Positions 43,428 through 57,153 of a stretch of DNA of 64,000 nucleotides are shown one piece after another. Under the pieces are notes generated by a model. The model was given only the letters and a program-made list of their open reading frames with translations. It was not told the DNA's origin and made no database searches. Position 1 is the stretch's first letter; each line of letters starts with the position of its first letter. Where the stretch lies: assembly GCF_055900595.2 (NCBI RefSeq), contig NZ_CM148325.1. One strand, given 5' to 3'. Both the position numbers and the translations under genes were made by a program.

Positions 43428-43610
43428 GGAATCTCCGAGATGCCGCCGCAGGCTGTAACCCTTGAACCCTTGGTTCAAGGTGAATGTGTCGTCACAGTTT
43501 TAAGGCTTCTCGGACGGACCGAGCATGCTCACCAACCGCGGAGCGCCACATTCTTGTGGTATGAAATATCGGCTCAGGGGACTGGCCCGCTTGCGAACAT
43601 CTCAGAGAAA
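43428..43610 (-). ncRNA. ssrS: 6S RNA
   Basis: Minus strand reads atttctctgagatgttcgcaagcgggccagtcccctgagccgatatttcataccacaagaatgtggcgctccgcggttggtgagcatgctcggtccgtccgagaagcc..., matching E. coli 6S RNA; located between zapA and ygfA. Confidence 0.88.
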
Positions 43611-43652
43611 TTTTGTCTTCACGGTTACTCTACCACAGTAAACCGAAAAGTG

Positions 43653-44048
<396 letters not shown>

Positions 44049-44149
44049 CTATAGCTACCCTGATGAGAAGAGACAAGCCCTTTTCTGGTCCACCAGGGCC
44101 CAAAGTGGTAGCATATCATGAATATTCCTCCCTTTGACGACGAATGCTT

Positions 44150-44728
44150 ATGTCTATACAGAACGAAATGCCTGGTTACAACGAAATGAACCAGTATCTG
44201 AACCAACAAGGGACGGGTCTGACCCCTGCTGAGATGCATGGTTTAATCAGTGGGATGATATGTGGTGGTAACGATGACAGCTCATGGCTGCCGCTGCTTC
44301 ACGACCTGACGAACGAAGGCATGGCTTTCGGTCATGAGCTGGCACAGGCATTGCGCAAAATGCACTCTGCTACCAGCGATGCCCTGCAGGATGACGGCTT
44401 CCTTTTTCAGCTTTATCTGCCTGATGGCGATGATGTCAGCGTTTTCGATCGGGCTGATGCGCTGGCAGGTTGGGTTAATCACTTCCTGCTTGGTCTTGGC
44501 GTTACGCAACCGAAGCTGGACAAAGTGACCGGCGAAACCGGTGAAGCCATCGACGATCTGCGTAACATCGCGCAGCTGGGCTACGACGAAGACGAAGATC
44601 AGGAAGAGCTGGAAATGTCGCTTGAAGAGATCATCGAGTACGTCCGTGTTGCCGCGCTGTTATGCCACGACACCTTTACTCATCCGCAACCGACCGCGCC
44701 AGAAGTACAAAAACCGACTCTACACTAA
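44150..44728 (+). CDS. ygfB: UPF0149 family protein YgfB (192 aa)
   Basis: Track ORF trimmed 2 codons to [21 protein letters not shown]... Confidence 0.85.
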
Positions 44729-44753
44729 AAACAAAAAACGTAAGGAGAGTGTT

Positions 44754-46079
44754 ATGAGTGAGATATCCCGGCAAGAGTTTCAGCGTCGCCGTCAGGCCCT
44801 GGTGGAGCAAATGCAACCCGGCAGCGCCGCGCTGATTTTTGCTGCACCAGAAGTAACACGTAGCGCCGACAGCGAATACCCCTATCGTCAGAACAGTGAC
44901 TTCTGGTACTTCACCGGCTTTAACGAACCGGAAGCGGTGCTGGTGCTGATTAAAAGTGATGACACTCATAACCACAGCGTTCTGTTTAACCGCGTACGCG
45001 ACCTGACGGCAGAGATCTGGTTTGGTCGCCGCTTAGGTCAGGATGCTGCACCGGATAAACTGGGCGTTGATCGCGCACTGGCGTTCAGCGAAATCAATCA
45101 GCAACTTTATCAACTACTTAATGGTCTGGATGTGGTGTACCACGCCCAGGGCGAATATGCATATGCTGATGAAATCGTGAACAGCGCGCTTGAAAAACTG
45201 CGTAAAGGTTCGCGACAGAATCTCACCGCCCCGGCAACGATGATCGACTGGCGTCCCATTGTTCATGAAATGCGCCTGTTCAAATCACCAGAAGAGATTG
45301 CCGTACTTCGCCGCGCGGGGGAAATCACCGCCCTGGCGCATACCCGGGCGATGGAAAAATGCCGTCCGGGAATGTTCGAGTACCATCTGGAAGGCGAAAT
45401 TCACCACGAATTTAACCGCCACGGTGCGCGCTATCCGTCCTATAACACCATTGTCGGCAGCGGTGAAAACGGCTGCATTCTGCACTACACCGAAAACGAG
45501 AGTGAACTGCGCGACGGTGACCTGGTGTTGATTGACGCGGGTTGTGAATACAAAGGTTACGCGGGCGATATTACCCGCACCTTCCCTGTTAACGGTAAAT
45601 TCACTCAGGCTCAGCGTGAAATCTACGACATTGTGCTGGAGTCTCTTGAAACCAGCCTGCGCCTGTATCGTCCGGGAACGTCCATTCAGGAAGTCACCGG
45701 TGAAGTGGTGCGCATCATGGTTAGCGGCCTGGTAAAACTCGGCATCCTGAAAGGTGATGTTGATGAACTGATCGCTCAGAACGCCCATCGTCCTTTCTTT
45801 ATGCATGGCCTTAGCCACTGGTTAGGACTGGATGTCCATGACGTTGGCGTTTATGGCCAGGATCGCTCGCGCATTCTGGAACCGGGCATGGTACTGACCG
45901 TAGAGCCGGGGCTGTATATTGCGCCGGATGCAGAAGTGCCAGAACAATATCGCGGTATCGGCATTCGTATTGAAGACGACATTGTGATTACCGAAACCGG
46001 TAACGAAAACCTCACCGCCAGCGTGGTGAAAAAGCCGGAAGAAATCGAAGCGTTGATGGCATCTGCGAGAAAGCAATGA
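44754..46079 (+). CDS. pepP: Xaa-Pro aminopeptidase (441 aa)
   Basis: Track ORF trimmed 71 codons to MSEISRQEFQRRRQALVEQMQPGSAALIF... Confidence 0.93.
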   Translation: MSEISRQEFQRRRQALVEQMQPGSAALIFAAPEVTRSADSEYPYRQNSDFWYFTGFNEPEAVLVLIKSDDTHNHSVLFNRVRDLTAEIWFGRRLGQDAAPDKLGVDRALAFSEINQQLYQLLNGLDVVYHAQGEYAYADEIVNSALEKLRKGSRQNLTAPATMIDWRPIVHEMRLFKSPEEIAVLRRAGEITALAHTRAMEKCRPGMFEYHLEGEIHHEFNRHGARYPSYNTIVGSGENGCILHYTENESELRDGDLVLIDAGCEYKGYAGDITRTFPVNGKFTQAQREIYDIVLESLETSLRLYRPGTSIQEVTGEVVRIMVSGLVKLGILKGDVDELIAQNAHRPFFMHGLSHWLGLDVHDVGVYGQDRSRILEPGMVLTVEPGLYIAPDAEVPEQYRGIGIRIEDDIVITETGNENLTASVVKKPEEIEALMASARKQ

Positions 46080-47254
46080 GCGTAATCATCGTCGGTGGCG
46101 GCATGGCGGGCGCGACGCTGGCGCTGGCTATTTCCCGGTTAAGTCACGGGGCGCTGCCGGTACATTTGATTGAAGCGACCGCGCCAGAGTCTCATGCTCA
46201 TCCGGGCTTTGATGGACGGGCTATTGCGTTGGCGGCGGGCACCTGTCAGCAACTGGCGCGCATCGGCGTCTGGCAATCTCTGGCAGATTGCGCAACCGCC
46301 ATCACTACCGTTCATGTCAGCGATCGTGGTCATGCCGGATTCGTCACCCTCGCCGCAGAAGATTACCAACTGGCGGCGCTGGGGCAGGTTGTCGAATTGC
46401 ATAATGTCGGGCAACGGCTGTTTGCATTGCTGCGCAAAGCACCTGGCGTAACGCTGCATTGCCCTGATCGCGTGGCTAACGTTGCCCGTGCTCAGAGTCA
46501 CGTTGAAGTGACGCTGGAGAGTGGCGAGACGCTGACGGGCTGCGTGCTGGTAGCCGCTGATGGCACCCATTCCGCGTTAGCCACCGCGTGCGGCGTTGAC
46601 TGGCAGCAGGAGCCTTACGAACAACTGGCTGTGATTGCTAACGTTGCGACTTCCGTTGCGCACGAAGGGCGCGCTTTTGAACGCTTTACGCAACATGGCC
46701 CGCTGGCGATGTTGCCGATGTCTGACGGACGCTGTTCGCTGGTCTGGTGTCATCCACTGGAACGGCGCGAAGAGGTGCTGTCGTGGAGCGACGAGACGTT
46801 TTGCCGTGAACTCCAGTCGGCCTTTGGTTGGCGACTTGGGAAAATTACCCACGCTGGTAAACGCAGTGCTTACCCGCTGGCGTTAACCCGCGCCGCCAGA
46901 CCTATTACCCATCGTACCGTGCTGGTGGGCAATGCGGCGCAAACTCTGCACCCGATTGCCGGGCAAGGGTTCAACCTCGGTATGCGGGATGTCATGAGCC
47001 TTGCGGAAACGCTGACTCAGGCTCAGGCACGTGAAGATGACATCGGTGATTACGGCGTATTGTGCCGTTATCAGCAGCGTCGGCAGAGCGATCGCGAAGC
47101 AACCATCGGTGTCACGGACAGCCTTGTACATCTTTTTGCCAACCGTTGGACGCCGCTGGTTGTCGGGCGCAACATCGGGCTGATGGCAATGGAATTATTC
47201 ACTCCGGCACGCGATGTGCTGGCGCAGCGCACCCTCGGTTGGGTGGCGCGTTAA
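46076..47254 (+). CDS. ubiH: 2-octaprenyl-6-methoxyphenol hydroxylase (392 aa)
   Basis: FAD-binding GxGxxG (IIVGGGMAGATLA); 4-nt overlap with pepP. Confidence 0.92.
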   Translation: MSVIIVGGGMAGATLALAISRLSHGALPVHLIEATAPESHAHPGFDGRAIALAAGTCQQLARIGVWQSLADCATAITTVHVSDRGHAGFVTLAAEDYQLAALGQVVELHNVGQRLFALLRKAPGVTLHCPDRVANVARAQSHVEVTLESGETLTGCVLVAADGTHSALATACGVDWQQEPYEQLAVIANVATSVAHEGRAFERFTQHGPLAMLPMSDGRCSLVWCHPLERREEVLSWSDETFCRELQSAFGWRLGKITHAGKRSAYPLALTRAARPITHRTVLVGNAAQTLHPIAGQGFNLGMRDVMSLAETLTQAQAREDDIGDYGVLCRYQQRRQSDREATIGVTDSLVHLFANRWTPLVVGRNIGLMAMELFTPARDVLAQRTLGWVAR

Positions 47255-47276
47255 AGGCGGCTTTAAGGAATAAACA

Positions 47277-48479
47277 ATGCAAAGTGTTGATGTAGCCATT
47301 GTTGGCGGCGGCATGGTGGGGCTGGCGGTTGCCTGCGGCTTGCAGGGCAGCGGCTTACGCGTTGCCGTACTGGAGCAGCGCGTACCGGAACCCCTGGCGG
47401 CGGATGCACCACCACAACTGCGCGTTTCGGCTATCAATGCCGCCAGCGAAAAATTACTCACCCGTCTTGGCGTCTGGCAGGACATTCTCTCTCGTAGGGC
47501 CAGTTGTTATCACGGTATGGAAGTGTGGGACAAAGACAGTTTTGGTCACATTTCGTTTGACGATCAAAGCATGGGCTATAGCCATCTTGGGCATATCGTT
47601 GAAAACTCAGTGATTCACTACGCGCTGTGGAACAAAGCGCAGCAGTCGTCAGATATCACTCTGTTGGCCCCCGCAGAATTACAGCAGGTCGCCTGGGGAG
47701 AAAATGAAACCTTCCTGACGCTGAAAGATGGCAGCATGTTAACGGCGCGTCTGGTAATTGGCGCAGACGGCGCTAATTCCTGGTTGCGCAACAAAGCCGA
47801 TATTCCGCTGACTTTCTGGGATTATCTGCATCACGCGCTGGTGGCGACCATTCGCACGGAAGAACCGCATGATGCGGTGGCGCGACAGGTTTTCCATGGC
47901 GAAGGCATTCTGGCCTTTTTGCCGCTTAGCGATCCGCATCTTTGCTCAATTGTCTGGTCACTGTCGCCAGAGGAAGCACAGCGGATGCAGCAGGCAGGCG
48001 AAGACGAATTTAACCGCGAGTTAAATATCGCTTTTGATAATCGCCTGGGCTTATGCAAGGTTGAGAGTGAACGCCTGGTGTTCCCGCTGACTGGGCGTTA
48101 TGCGCGCCAGTTTGCCGCGCACCGTCTGGCGCTGGTGGGCGACGCCGCGCATACCATTCACCCGTTGGCGGGGCAGGGGGTGAATCTCGGCTTTATGGAT
48201 GCTGCAGAGCTGATTGCTGAACTGAAACGGTTGCATCGTCAGGGTAAAGACATCGGGCAGTACATTTACCTGCGTCGCTATGAGCGTAGCCGCAAGCACA
48301 GTGCGGCGCTGATGCTGGCAGGTATGCAGGGATTCCGCGATCTGTTTTCCGGGGCTCATCCGGCGAAAAAACTGCTGCGTGATATTGGCCTGAAACTGGC
48401 CGACACGCTTCCTGGCGTTAAACCACAACTTATCCGCCAGGCAATGGGATTAAACGATTTGCCTGAATGGCTGCGTTAA
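47277..48479 (+). CDS. ubiI: 2-octaprenylphenol hydroxylase UbiI/VisC (400 aa)
   Basis: FAD-binding VAIVGGGMVGLAVA; paralogue directly downstream of ubiH. Confidence 0.92.
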   Translation: MQSVDVAIVGGGMVGLAVACGLQGSGLRVAVLEQRVPEPLAADAPPQLRVSAINAASEKLLTRLGVWQDILSRRASCYHGMEVWDKDSFGHISFDDQSMGYSHLGHIVENSVIHYALWNKAQQSSDITLLAPAELQQVAWGENETFLTLKDGSMLTARLVIGADGANSWLRNKADIPLTFWDYLHHALVATIRTEEPHDAVARQVFHGEGILAFLPLSDPHLCSIVWSLSPEEAQRMQQAGEDEFNRELNIAFDNRLGLCKVESERLVFPLTGRYARQFAAHRLALVGDAAHTIHPLAGQGVNLGFMDAAELIAELKRLHRQGKDIGQYIYLRRYERSRKHSAALMLAGMQGFRDLFSGAHPAKKLLRDIGLKLADTLPGVKPQLIRQAMGLNDLPEWLR

Positions 48480-48559
48480 AAATTTCTCCTCTGTTGTTTA
48501 TTTGATACCCATCACACTTTCATCTCCCGGTTTTTTCGCCGGGAGATTTTCCTCATTTG

Positions 48560-48926
48560 AAATAAACTAATTTCACCTCCGTTTTCGCATTATATTTTCT
48601 AATGTCACGAATTTTTGATTTAGTGTTTTTTGACATTTTTTCAGTTCTTAATATTGCCTTATTCAAATTAAGTTTCTCATCACATCATCTTTGTATAGAA
48701 AATGGAATGTTTTTTGGTTTTTTATTCTGTTGTTATTCTGGCGTTTTTTAACCATAAGCTAATGTGATGATCAATTTTACCTTATGGTTAACAGTCTGTT
48801 TCGGTGGTAAGTTCAGGGAAAAGAGAACGATTGCGTTGGGGACCGGGAGTGGCTCCGATGCTGGGTTTCGTGGTGATAATTTCGCCATGGAAAAGTTGTC
48901 AGCCCCGCTTATTCAATGAGGACAAG
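48560..48926 (+). promoter_or_regulatory. AT-rich gcvTHP upstream control region
   Basis: About 400 bp AT-rich spacer between the ubiI terminator hairpin (tctcccggttttttcgccgggaga) and gcvT; in E. coli this region holds the gcv promoter and its regulator-binding sites. Sites not individually mapped. Confidence 0.4.
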
Positions 48927-50021
48927 ATGGCACAACAGACTCCTTTGTACGAACAACACACGCTTTGCGGCGCTCGCATGGTGGATTTCCACGGCTGGAT
49001 GATGCCGCTGCATTACGGTTCGCAAATCGACGAACATCATGCGGTACGTACCGATGCCGGAATGTTTGATGTGTCACATATGACCATCGTCGATCTTCGC
49101 GGCAGTCGCACCCGGGAGTTTCTGCGTTATCTGCTGGCGAACGATGTGGCGAAGCTCACCAAAAGCGGCAAAGCCCTTTACTCGGGGATGTTGAATGCCT
49201 CTGGCGGTGTGATAGATGATCTCATCGTTTACTACTTTACTGAAGATTTCTTCCGCCTCGTTGTTAACTCCGCCACCCGCGAAAAAGACCTCTCCTGGAT
49301 TACCCAACACGCTGAACCCTTCGGTATCGAAATTACCGTTCGTGATGACCTTTCCATGATTGCCGTACAAGGGCCGAATGCGCAGGCAAAAGCTGCCACA
49401 CTGTTTAATGATGCTCAGCGTCAGGCGGTGGAAGGGATGAAACCCTTCTTTGGCGTGCAGGCGGGCGCTCTGTTTATTGCCACCACCGGTTATACCGGTG
49501 AAGTGGGCTACGAAATTGCGCTGCCCAATGAAAAAGCGGCGGATTTCTGGCGTGCGCTGGTGGAAGCGGGCGTTAAGCCCTGCGGTCTGGGCGCGCGTGA
49601 CACGCTGCGTCTGGAAGCGGGTATGAATCTTTATGGTCAGGAGATGGACGAAACCATTTCTCCTTTAGCAGCCAACATGGGCTGGACCATCGCGTGGGAA
49701 CCGGCTGATCGTGACTTTATCGGTCGTGAAGCTCTGGAAGCGCAGCGTGAACATGGCACAGAAAAACTGGTTGGTCTGGTGATGACCGAAAAAGGCGTGC
49801 TGCGTAATGAACTGCCGGTACGTTTTACCGATGCGCAGGGCAATCAGCATGAAGGCATTATCACCAGCGGTACTTTCTCCCCGACGTTGGGTTACAGCAT
49901 TGCGCTGGCACGCGTGCCGGAAGGTATTGGCGAAACGGCGATTGTGCAAATTCGCAACCGTGAAATGCCGGTAAAAGTGACGAAACCTGTTTTTGTGCGT
50001 AACGGCAAAGCCGTCGCGTGA
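48927..50021 (+). CDS. gcvT: glycine cleavage system T protein, aminomethyltransferase (364 aa)
   Basis: Track ORF trimmed 41 codons to [27 protein letters not shown]... Confidence 0.95.
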
Positions 50022-50044
50022 TTTACTTTTTTGGAGATTAATTG

Positions 50045-50434
50045 ATGAGCAACGTACCAGCAGAACTGAAATACAGCAAAGAACACGAATGGCTGCGTAA
50101 AGAAGCCGACGGCACTTACACTGTTGGCATCACTGAGCACGCTCAGGAGCTGTTAGGCGATATGGTGTTTGTTGACCTGCCGGAAGTGGGCGCAACGGTA
50201 AGCGCGGGCGATGACTGCGCGGTTGCCGAATCGGTAAAAGCGGCGTCAGACATTTATGCGCCAGTAAGCGGTGAAATCGTGGCGGTAAACGACGCACTGA
50301 GCGATTCTCCGGAACTGGTGAACAGCGAACCGTATGCAGGCGGCTGGATCTTCAAAATCAAAGCCAGCGATGAAAGCGAACTGGAATCACTGCTGGATGC
50401 GACCGCATACGAAGCATTGTTAGAAGACGAGTAA
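50045..50434 (+). CDS. gcvH: glycine cleavage system H protein (129 aa)
   Basis: [34 protein letters not shown]...; lipoyl-lysine region present. Confidence 0.95.
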
Positions 50435-50552
50435 CGGCTTTATTCCTCTTCTGCGGAAGAGGATTAGGGTGAGGAACATTTACGCCTCACCCTCACTCTC
50501 TTCGCAAGGAGAGAGGTTCACAATTCACTGCACGTTTCAGGAACCATCGCTC

Positions 50553-53426
50553 ATGACACAGACGTTAAGCCAGCTTGAAAACAGCGGCGCTTTTATTGAA
50601 CGCCATATCGGACCGGACGCCGCGCAACAGCAAGAAATGCTGAATGCCGTTGGCGCACAATCGTTAAACGCGCTGACCGGCCAGATTGTGCCGAAAGATA
50701 TTCAGCTTGCGATACCACCGCAGGTTGGCGCACCGGCGACCGAATACGCCGCGCTGGCGGAACTCAAGGCTATTGCCAGTCGCAATAAACGCTTCACGTC
50801 TTACATCGGCATGGGTTACACCGCCGTGCAGCTACCGCCGGTTATCCTGCGTAACATGCTGGAAAATCCGGGCTGGTATACCGCGTATACTCCGTATCAA
50901 CCTGAAGTCTCCCAGGGCCGCCTTGAAGCACTGCTCAACTTCCAGCAGGTAACGCTGGATTTGACCGGGCTGGATATGGCTTCGGCTTCTCTTCTTGACG
51001 AAGCCACTGCTGCTGCCGAAGCAATGGCGATGGCAAAACGCGTCAGTAAACTGAAAAATGCCAACCGCTTCTTCGTTGCTTCTGACGTGCATCCGCAAAC
51101 TTTAGATGTAGTACGTACACGCGCAGAAACCTTTGGTTTTGAAGTGATTGTCGATGATGCACAAAAAGTGCTCGATCACCAGGACGTCTTCGGCGTGCTG
51201 TTACAGCAGGTCGGCACTACCGGTGAAATTCACGACTACACTGCGCTTATCAGCGAACTGAAATCACGCAAAATTGTAGTCAGCGTCGCCGCCGATATTA
51301 TGGCGCTGGTGCTGTTAACTGCACCGGGTAAACAGGGCGCGGATATTGTCTTTGGTTCGGCGCAACGCTTTGGCGTACCGATGGGCTACGGTGGCCCACA
51401 TGCGGCATTCTTTGCAGCGAAAGATGAATACAAACGCTCAATGCCGGGCCGTATTATTGGCGTATCGAAAGATGCCGCGGGCAATACTGCGCTGCGCATG
51501 GCGATGCAGACTCGCGAGCAACATATTCGCCGTGAGAAAGCGAACTCCAACATTTGTACTTCCCAGGTACTGCTGGCTAACATCGCCAGCCTGTATGCCG
51601 TTTATCACGGTCCGGTTGGCCTGAAACGTATCGCTAACCGCATCCACCGTCTGACCGATATCCTGGCTGCAGGTCTGCAACAAAAAGGTCAGAAGCTGCG
51701 CCATGCGCACTATTTCGATACTTTGTGTGTGGAAGTGGCCGACAAAGCGGGCGTGCTGGCGCGTGCCGAAGCGGCTGAAATCAACCTGCGTAGCGATATT
51801 CTGAATGCGGTGGGGATCACCCTTGATGAAACCACCACGCGCGAAAACGTGATGCAGCTTTTCAGCGTACTGCTGGGCGATAATCACGGACTGGACATCG
51901 ACACGCTGGACAAAGACGTGGCTCACGACAGCCGTTCTATTCAGCCTGCAATGCTGCGCGATGACGAAATTCTCACCCATCCGGTGTTTAATCGCTACCA
52001 CAGCGAAACCGAAATGATGCGCTATATGCACTCGCTGGAGCGTAAAGATCTGGCGCTGAATCAGGCGATGATCCCGCTGGGTTCCTGCACCATGAAACTG
52101 AACGCCGCCGCCGAGATGATCCCAATCACCTGGCCGGAATTTGCCGAACTGCACCCGTTCTGCCCGCCGGAACAGGCCGAAGGTTATCAGCAGATGATCG
52201 CCCAACTGGCTGACTGGCTGGTGAAACTGACCGGTTACGACGCCGTCTGTATGCAGCCGAACTCTGGCGCTCAGGGCGAATACGCGGGGCTGCTGGCGAT
52301 TCGTCATTATCATGAAAGCCGCAACGAAGGGCATCGCGATATCTGCCTGATCCCGGCTTCTGCGCATGGCACTAACCCGGCTTCCGCGCATATGGCAGGA
52401 ATGCAGGTGGTGGTTGTGGCGTGTGATAAAAACGGCAACATCGATCTGACTGACCTGCGCGCGAAAGCGGAGCAGGCGGGCGATAATCTCTCCTGCATTA
52501 TGGTGACCTATCCTTCCACCCACGGCGTGTACGAAGAAACGATCCGTGAAGTGTGTGAAATCGTGCATAAGTTCGGCGGTCAGGTTTACCTTGATGGCGC
52601 GAACATGAACGCCCAGGTTGGCATCACTTCGCCGGGCTTTATTGGCGCGGACGTTTCGCACCTTAACCTGCATAAAACTTTCTGCATTCCGCACGGCGGT
52701 GGTGGTCCGGGTATGGGACCGATCGGCGTGAAAGCGCATTTGGCACCGTTTGTTCCGGGTCATAGCGTGGTGCAAATCGAAGGCATGTTAACCCGTCAGG
52801 GCGCGGTTTCTGCGGCACCGTTCGGTAGCGCTTCTATTCTGCCAATTAGCTGGATGTACATCCGCATGATGGGCGCAGAAGGGCTGAAAAAAGCAAGCCA
52901 GGTGGCAATCCTCAACGCCAACTATATTGCCAGCCGCCTGCAGGATGCTTTCCCGGTGCTGTATACCGGTCGCGACGGTCGCGTGGCGCATGAATGTATT
53001 CTTGATATTCGTCCGTTGAAAGAAGAAACCGGCATCAGCGAGCTGGATATTGCCAAGCGCCTGATCGACTATGGTTTCCACGCGCCGACTATGTCGTTCC
53101 CGGTGGCGGGGACGCTGATGGTTGAACCGACTGAATCTGAAAGCAAAGTGGAACTGGATCGCTTTATTGATGCGATGCTGTCTATCCGCGCAGAAATCGA
53201 CCAGGTGAAAGCCGGTGTTTGGCCGCTGGAAGATAACCCGCTGGTGAACGCGCCGCACATTCAGAGCGAACTGGTCGCCGAGTGGGCGCATCCGTACAGC
53301 CGTGAAGTTGCAGTATTCCCGGCAGGCGTGGCAGACAAATACTGGCCAACAGTGAAACGTCTGGATGATGTTTACGGCGACCGTAACCTGTTCTGCTCCT
53401 GCGTACCGATTAGCGAATACCAGTAA
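50553..53426 (+). CDS. gcvP: glycine dehydrogenase (decarboxylating), P protein (957 aa)
   Basis: Track ORF trimmed 28 codons to [22 protein letters not shown]... Confidence 0.96.
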   Translation: MTQTLSQLENSGAFIERHIGPDAAQQQEMLNAVGAQSLNALTGQIVPKDIQLAIPPQVGAPATEYAALAELKAIASRNKRFTSYIGMGYTAVQLPPVILRNMLENPGWYTAYTPYQPEVSQGRLEALLNFQQVTLDLTGLDMASASLLDEATAAAEAMAMAKRVSKLKNANRFFVASDVHPQTLDVVRTRAETFGFEVIVDDAQKVLDHQDVFGVLLQQVGTTGEIHDYTALISELKSRKIVVSVAADIMALVLLTAPGKQGADIVFGSAQRFGVPMGYGGPHAAFFAAKDEYKRSMPGRIIGVSKDAAGNTALRMAMQTREQHIRREKANSNICTSQVLLANIASLYAVYHGPVGLKRIANRIHRLTDILAAGLQQKGQKLRHAHYFDTLCVEVADKAGVLARAEAAEINLRSDILNAVGITLDETTTRENVMQLFSVLLGDNHGLDIDTLDKDVAHDSRSIQPAMLRDDEILTHPVFNRYHSETEMMRYMHSLERKDLALNQAMIPLGSCTMKLNAAAEMIPITWPEFAELHPFCPPEQAEGYQQMIAQLADWLVKLTGYDAVCMQPNSGAQGEYAGLLAIRHYHESRNEGHRDICLIPASAHGTNPASAHMAGMQVVVVACDKNGNIDLTDLRAKAEQAGDNLSCIMVTYPSTHGVYEETIREVCEIVHKFGGQVYLDGANMNAQVGITSPGFIGADVSHLNLHKTFCIPHGGGGPGMGPIGVKAHLAPFVPGHSVVQIEGMLTRQGAVSAAPFGSASILPISWMYIRMMGAEGLKKASQVAILNANYIASRLQDAFPVLYTGRDGRVAHECILDIRPLKEETGISELDIAKRLIDYGFHAPTMSFPVAGTLMVEPTESESKVELDRFIDAMLSIRAEIDQVKAGVWPLEDNPLVNAPHIQSELVAEWAHPYSREVAVFPAGVADKYWPTVKRLDDVYGDRNLFCSCVPISEYQ

Positions 53427-53448
53427 TTTACTGATTCGACTATCTTCT

Positions 53449-53468
53449 AAAGGCGCTTCGGCGCCTTT
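53449..53468 (+). other. hairpin aaaggcgcttcggcgccttt, first copy, no T-run
   Basis: Perfect GC-rich stem 20 nt after the gcvP stop; identical stem repeated at 53622-53641. Confidence 0.5.
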
Positions 53469-53487
53469 GACACTGATGTCAAACTCA

Positions 53488-53598
53488 ACATTGCCTGATG
53501 CACCTCGTTTATCAGGCCTACATAGTCTGTGCAATGTATTGAATTTGCACGATCTTGTAGGCTGGATAAGGCGTTCACGCCGCATCCGGCATAATAAA
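53488..53598. repeat. REP/BIME units
   Basis: gcctgatgcacctcgtttatcaggcctaca and inverted gtaggctggataaggcgttcacgccgcatccggc. Confidence 0.75.
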
Positions 53599-53621
53599 AG
53601 CACTTTGTCATCAATAATTTG

Positions 53622-53649
53622 AAAGGCGCTTCGGCGCCTTTATTTTTTT
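53622..53649 (+). terminator. rho-independent terminator, second copy of the hairpin with T-run
   Basis: aaaggcgcttcggcgccttt followed by attttttt. Confidence 0.65.
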
Positions 53650-53659
53650 AGGAAAACAA

Positions 53660-54403
53660 ATGACTATAGCACTTGTGACCGGTGGCAGTCGCGGCATCGG
53701 GCGGGCAACTGCATTACTGTTGGCGCAAGAAGGGTATACGGTGGCGGTTAATTATCAGCAAAACCTCCACGCGGCGCAGGAAGTGGTGAAGTTAATCACG
53801 CAAGCCGGTGGCAAGGCATTCGTGCTTCAGGCGGATATCAGCGACGAAAATCAGGTCATCGCAATGTTTACAGCAATCGATCAGCACGATGAACCGCTAG
53901 CCGCGCTGGTCAATAACGCCGGGATCTTGTTTACCCAGTGCACCGTAGAAAACCTTACCGCAGAGCGAATCAACCGGGTACTTTCCACCAATGTGACGGG
54001 ATATTTTCTCTGTTGCCGCGAGGCGGTAAAACGCATGGCGCTTAAAAATGGCGGTAATGGCGGTGCTATCGTCAACGTCTCGTCAGTGGCCTCACGGCTG
54101 GGATCGCCGGGAGAATACGTTGACTATGCGGCATCGAAAGGGGCGATTGATACGTTAACCACCGGACTATCGCTGGAAGTCGCCGCGCAGGGGATCCGCG
54201 TTAACGGCGTGCGGCCAGGGTTTATTTATACCGAAATGCACGCCAGCGGTGGCGAGCCTGGACGCGTTGATCGCGTTAAGTCGAACATCCCCATGCAGCG
54301 TGGCGGACAGGCGGAAGAGGTCGCGCAGGCCATCGTCTGGCTGTTAAGTGATAAAGCCTCTTATGTTACGGGAAGTTTTATCGATTTGGCGGGCGGGAAA
54401 TAA
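53660..54403 (+). CDS. ygfF: short-chain dehydrogenase/reductase YgfF (247 aa)
   Basis: TGGSRGIG cofactor-binding motif at the N-terminus; full length. Confidence 0.88.
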   Translation: MTIALVTGGSRGIGRATALLLAQEGYTVAVNYQQNLHAAQEVVKLITQAGGKAFVLQADISDENQVIAMFTAIDQHDEPLAALVNNAGILFTQCTVENLTAERINRVLSTNVTGYFLCCREAVKRMALKNGGNGGAIVNVSSVASRLGSPGEYVDYAASKGAIDTLTTGLSLEVAAQGIRVNGVRPGFIYTEMHASGGEPGRVDRVKSNIPMQRGGQAEEVAQAIVWLLSDKASYVTGSFIDLAGGK

Positions 54404-54464
54404 AACAGGACAGTTGTCTGACCGGATGCAACGCAACAAGTATTGCATCCGGTACTTCATCGAC

Positions 54465-55925
<1,461 letters not shown>

Positions 55926-55942
55926 TTACAGGAAATAGTACC

Positions 55943-56254
55943 ATGCAGCCAAACGACATCACTTTTTTTCAACGATTCCAGGATGACATTCTGGCTGGGT
56001 GTAAAACCATCACCATCCGCGACGAGTCTGAATCGCACTTCAAAACGGGTGATGTGCTTCGTGTCGGGCGATTTGAAGATGACGGTTATTTTTGCACGAT
56101 TGAAGTCACCGCAACCTCAACCGTAACGCTGGATACACTGACGGAAAAACATGCAGAGCAGGAAAATATGACCCTGACTGATCTGAAAAAGGTCATTGCC
56201 GATATCTATCCCGGCCAGACACAGTTTTATGTGATTGAATTTAAATGCCTTTAA
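55943..56254 (+). CDS. yqfB: ASCH-domain protein YqfB (103 aa)
   Basis: [44 protein letters not shown]... full length. Confidence 0.85.
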   Translation: MQPNDITFFQRFQDDILAGCKTITIRDESESHFKTGDVLRVGRFEDDGYFCTIEVTATSTVTLDTLTEKHAEQENMTLTDLKKVIADIYPGQTQFYVIEFKCL

Positions 56255-56414
56255 ATTGAACTCACGCCTGTTAGTTGAAATTTCGCATTTAATTTCATGA
56301 TTTTTCGGAGATTAGTCTCAAATCAGAATTTATTTTAGCTAACAGGTGTTCACTGGAACTATTCTCAGTTACGCTGGAGAGGTATACATGTGCGTGTACG
56401 TTTCTCCGGAGTAA

Positions 56415-57077
<663 letters not shown>

Positions 57078-57087
57078 TTGGTGCGCC

Positions 57088-57147
57088 GTTGTAGGCATGA
57101 TAAGACGCGTCAGCGTCGCATCAGGCGATAAATGCCTGATGCGATAC
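57088..57147. repeat. REP units
   Basis: gttgtaggcatgataagacgcgtcagcgtcgcatcaggcgataaatgcctgatgcgatac. Confidence 0.7.
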
Positions 57148-57153
57148 AGAGAT

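Noticed and set aside
51438-52775. 445-aa minus-strand ORF inside gcvP
   Set aside because: Antisense to gcvP; low-complexity translation; no independent support.
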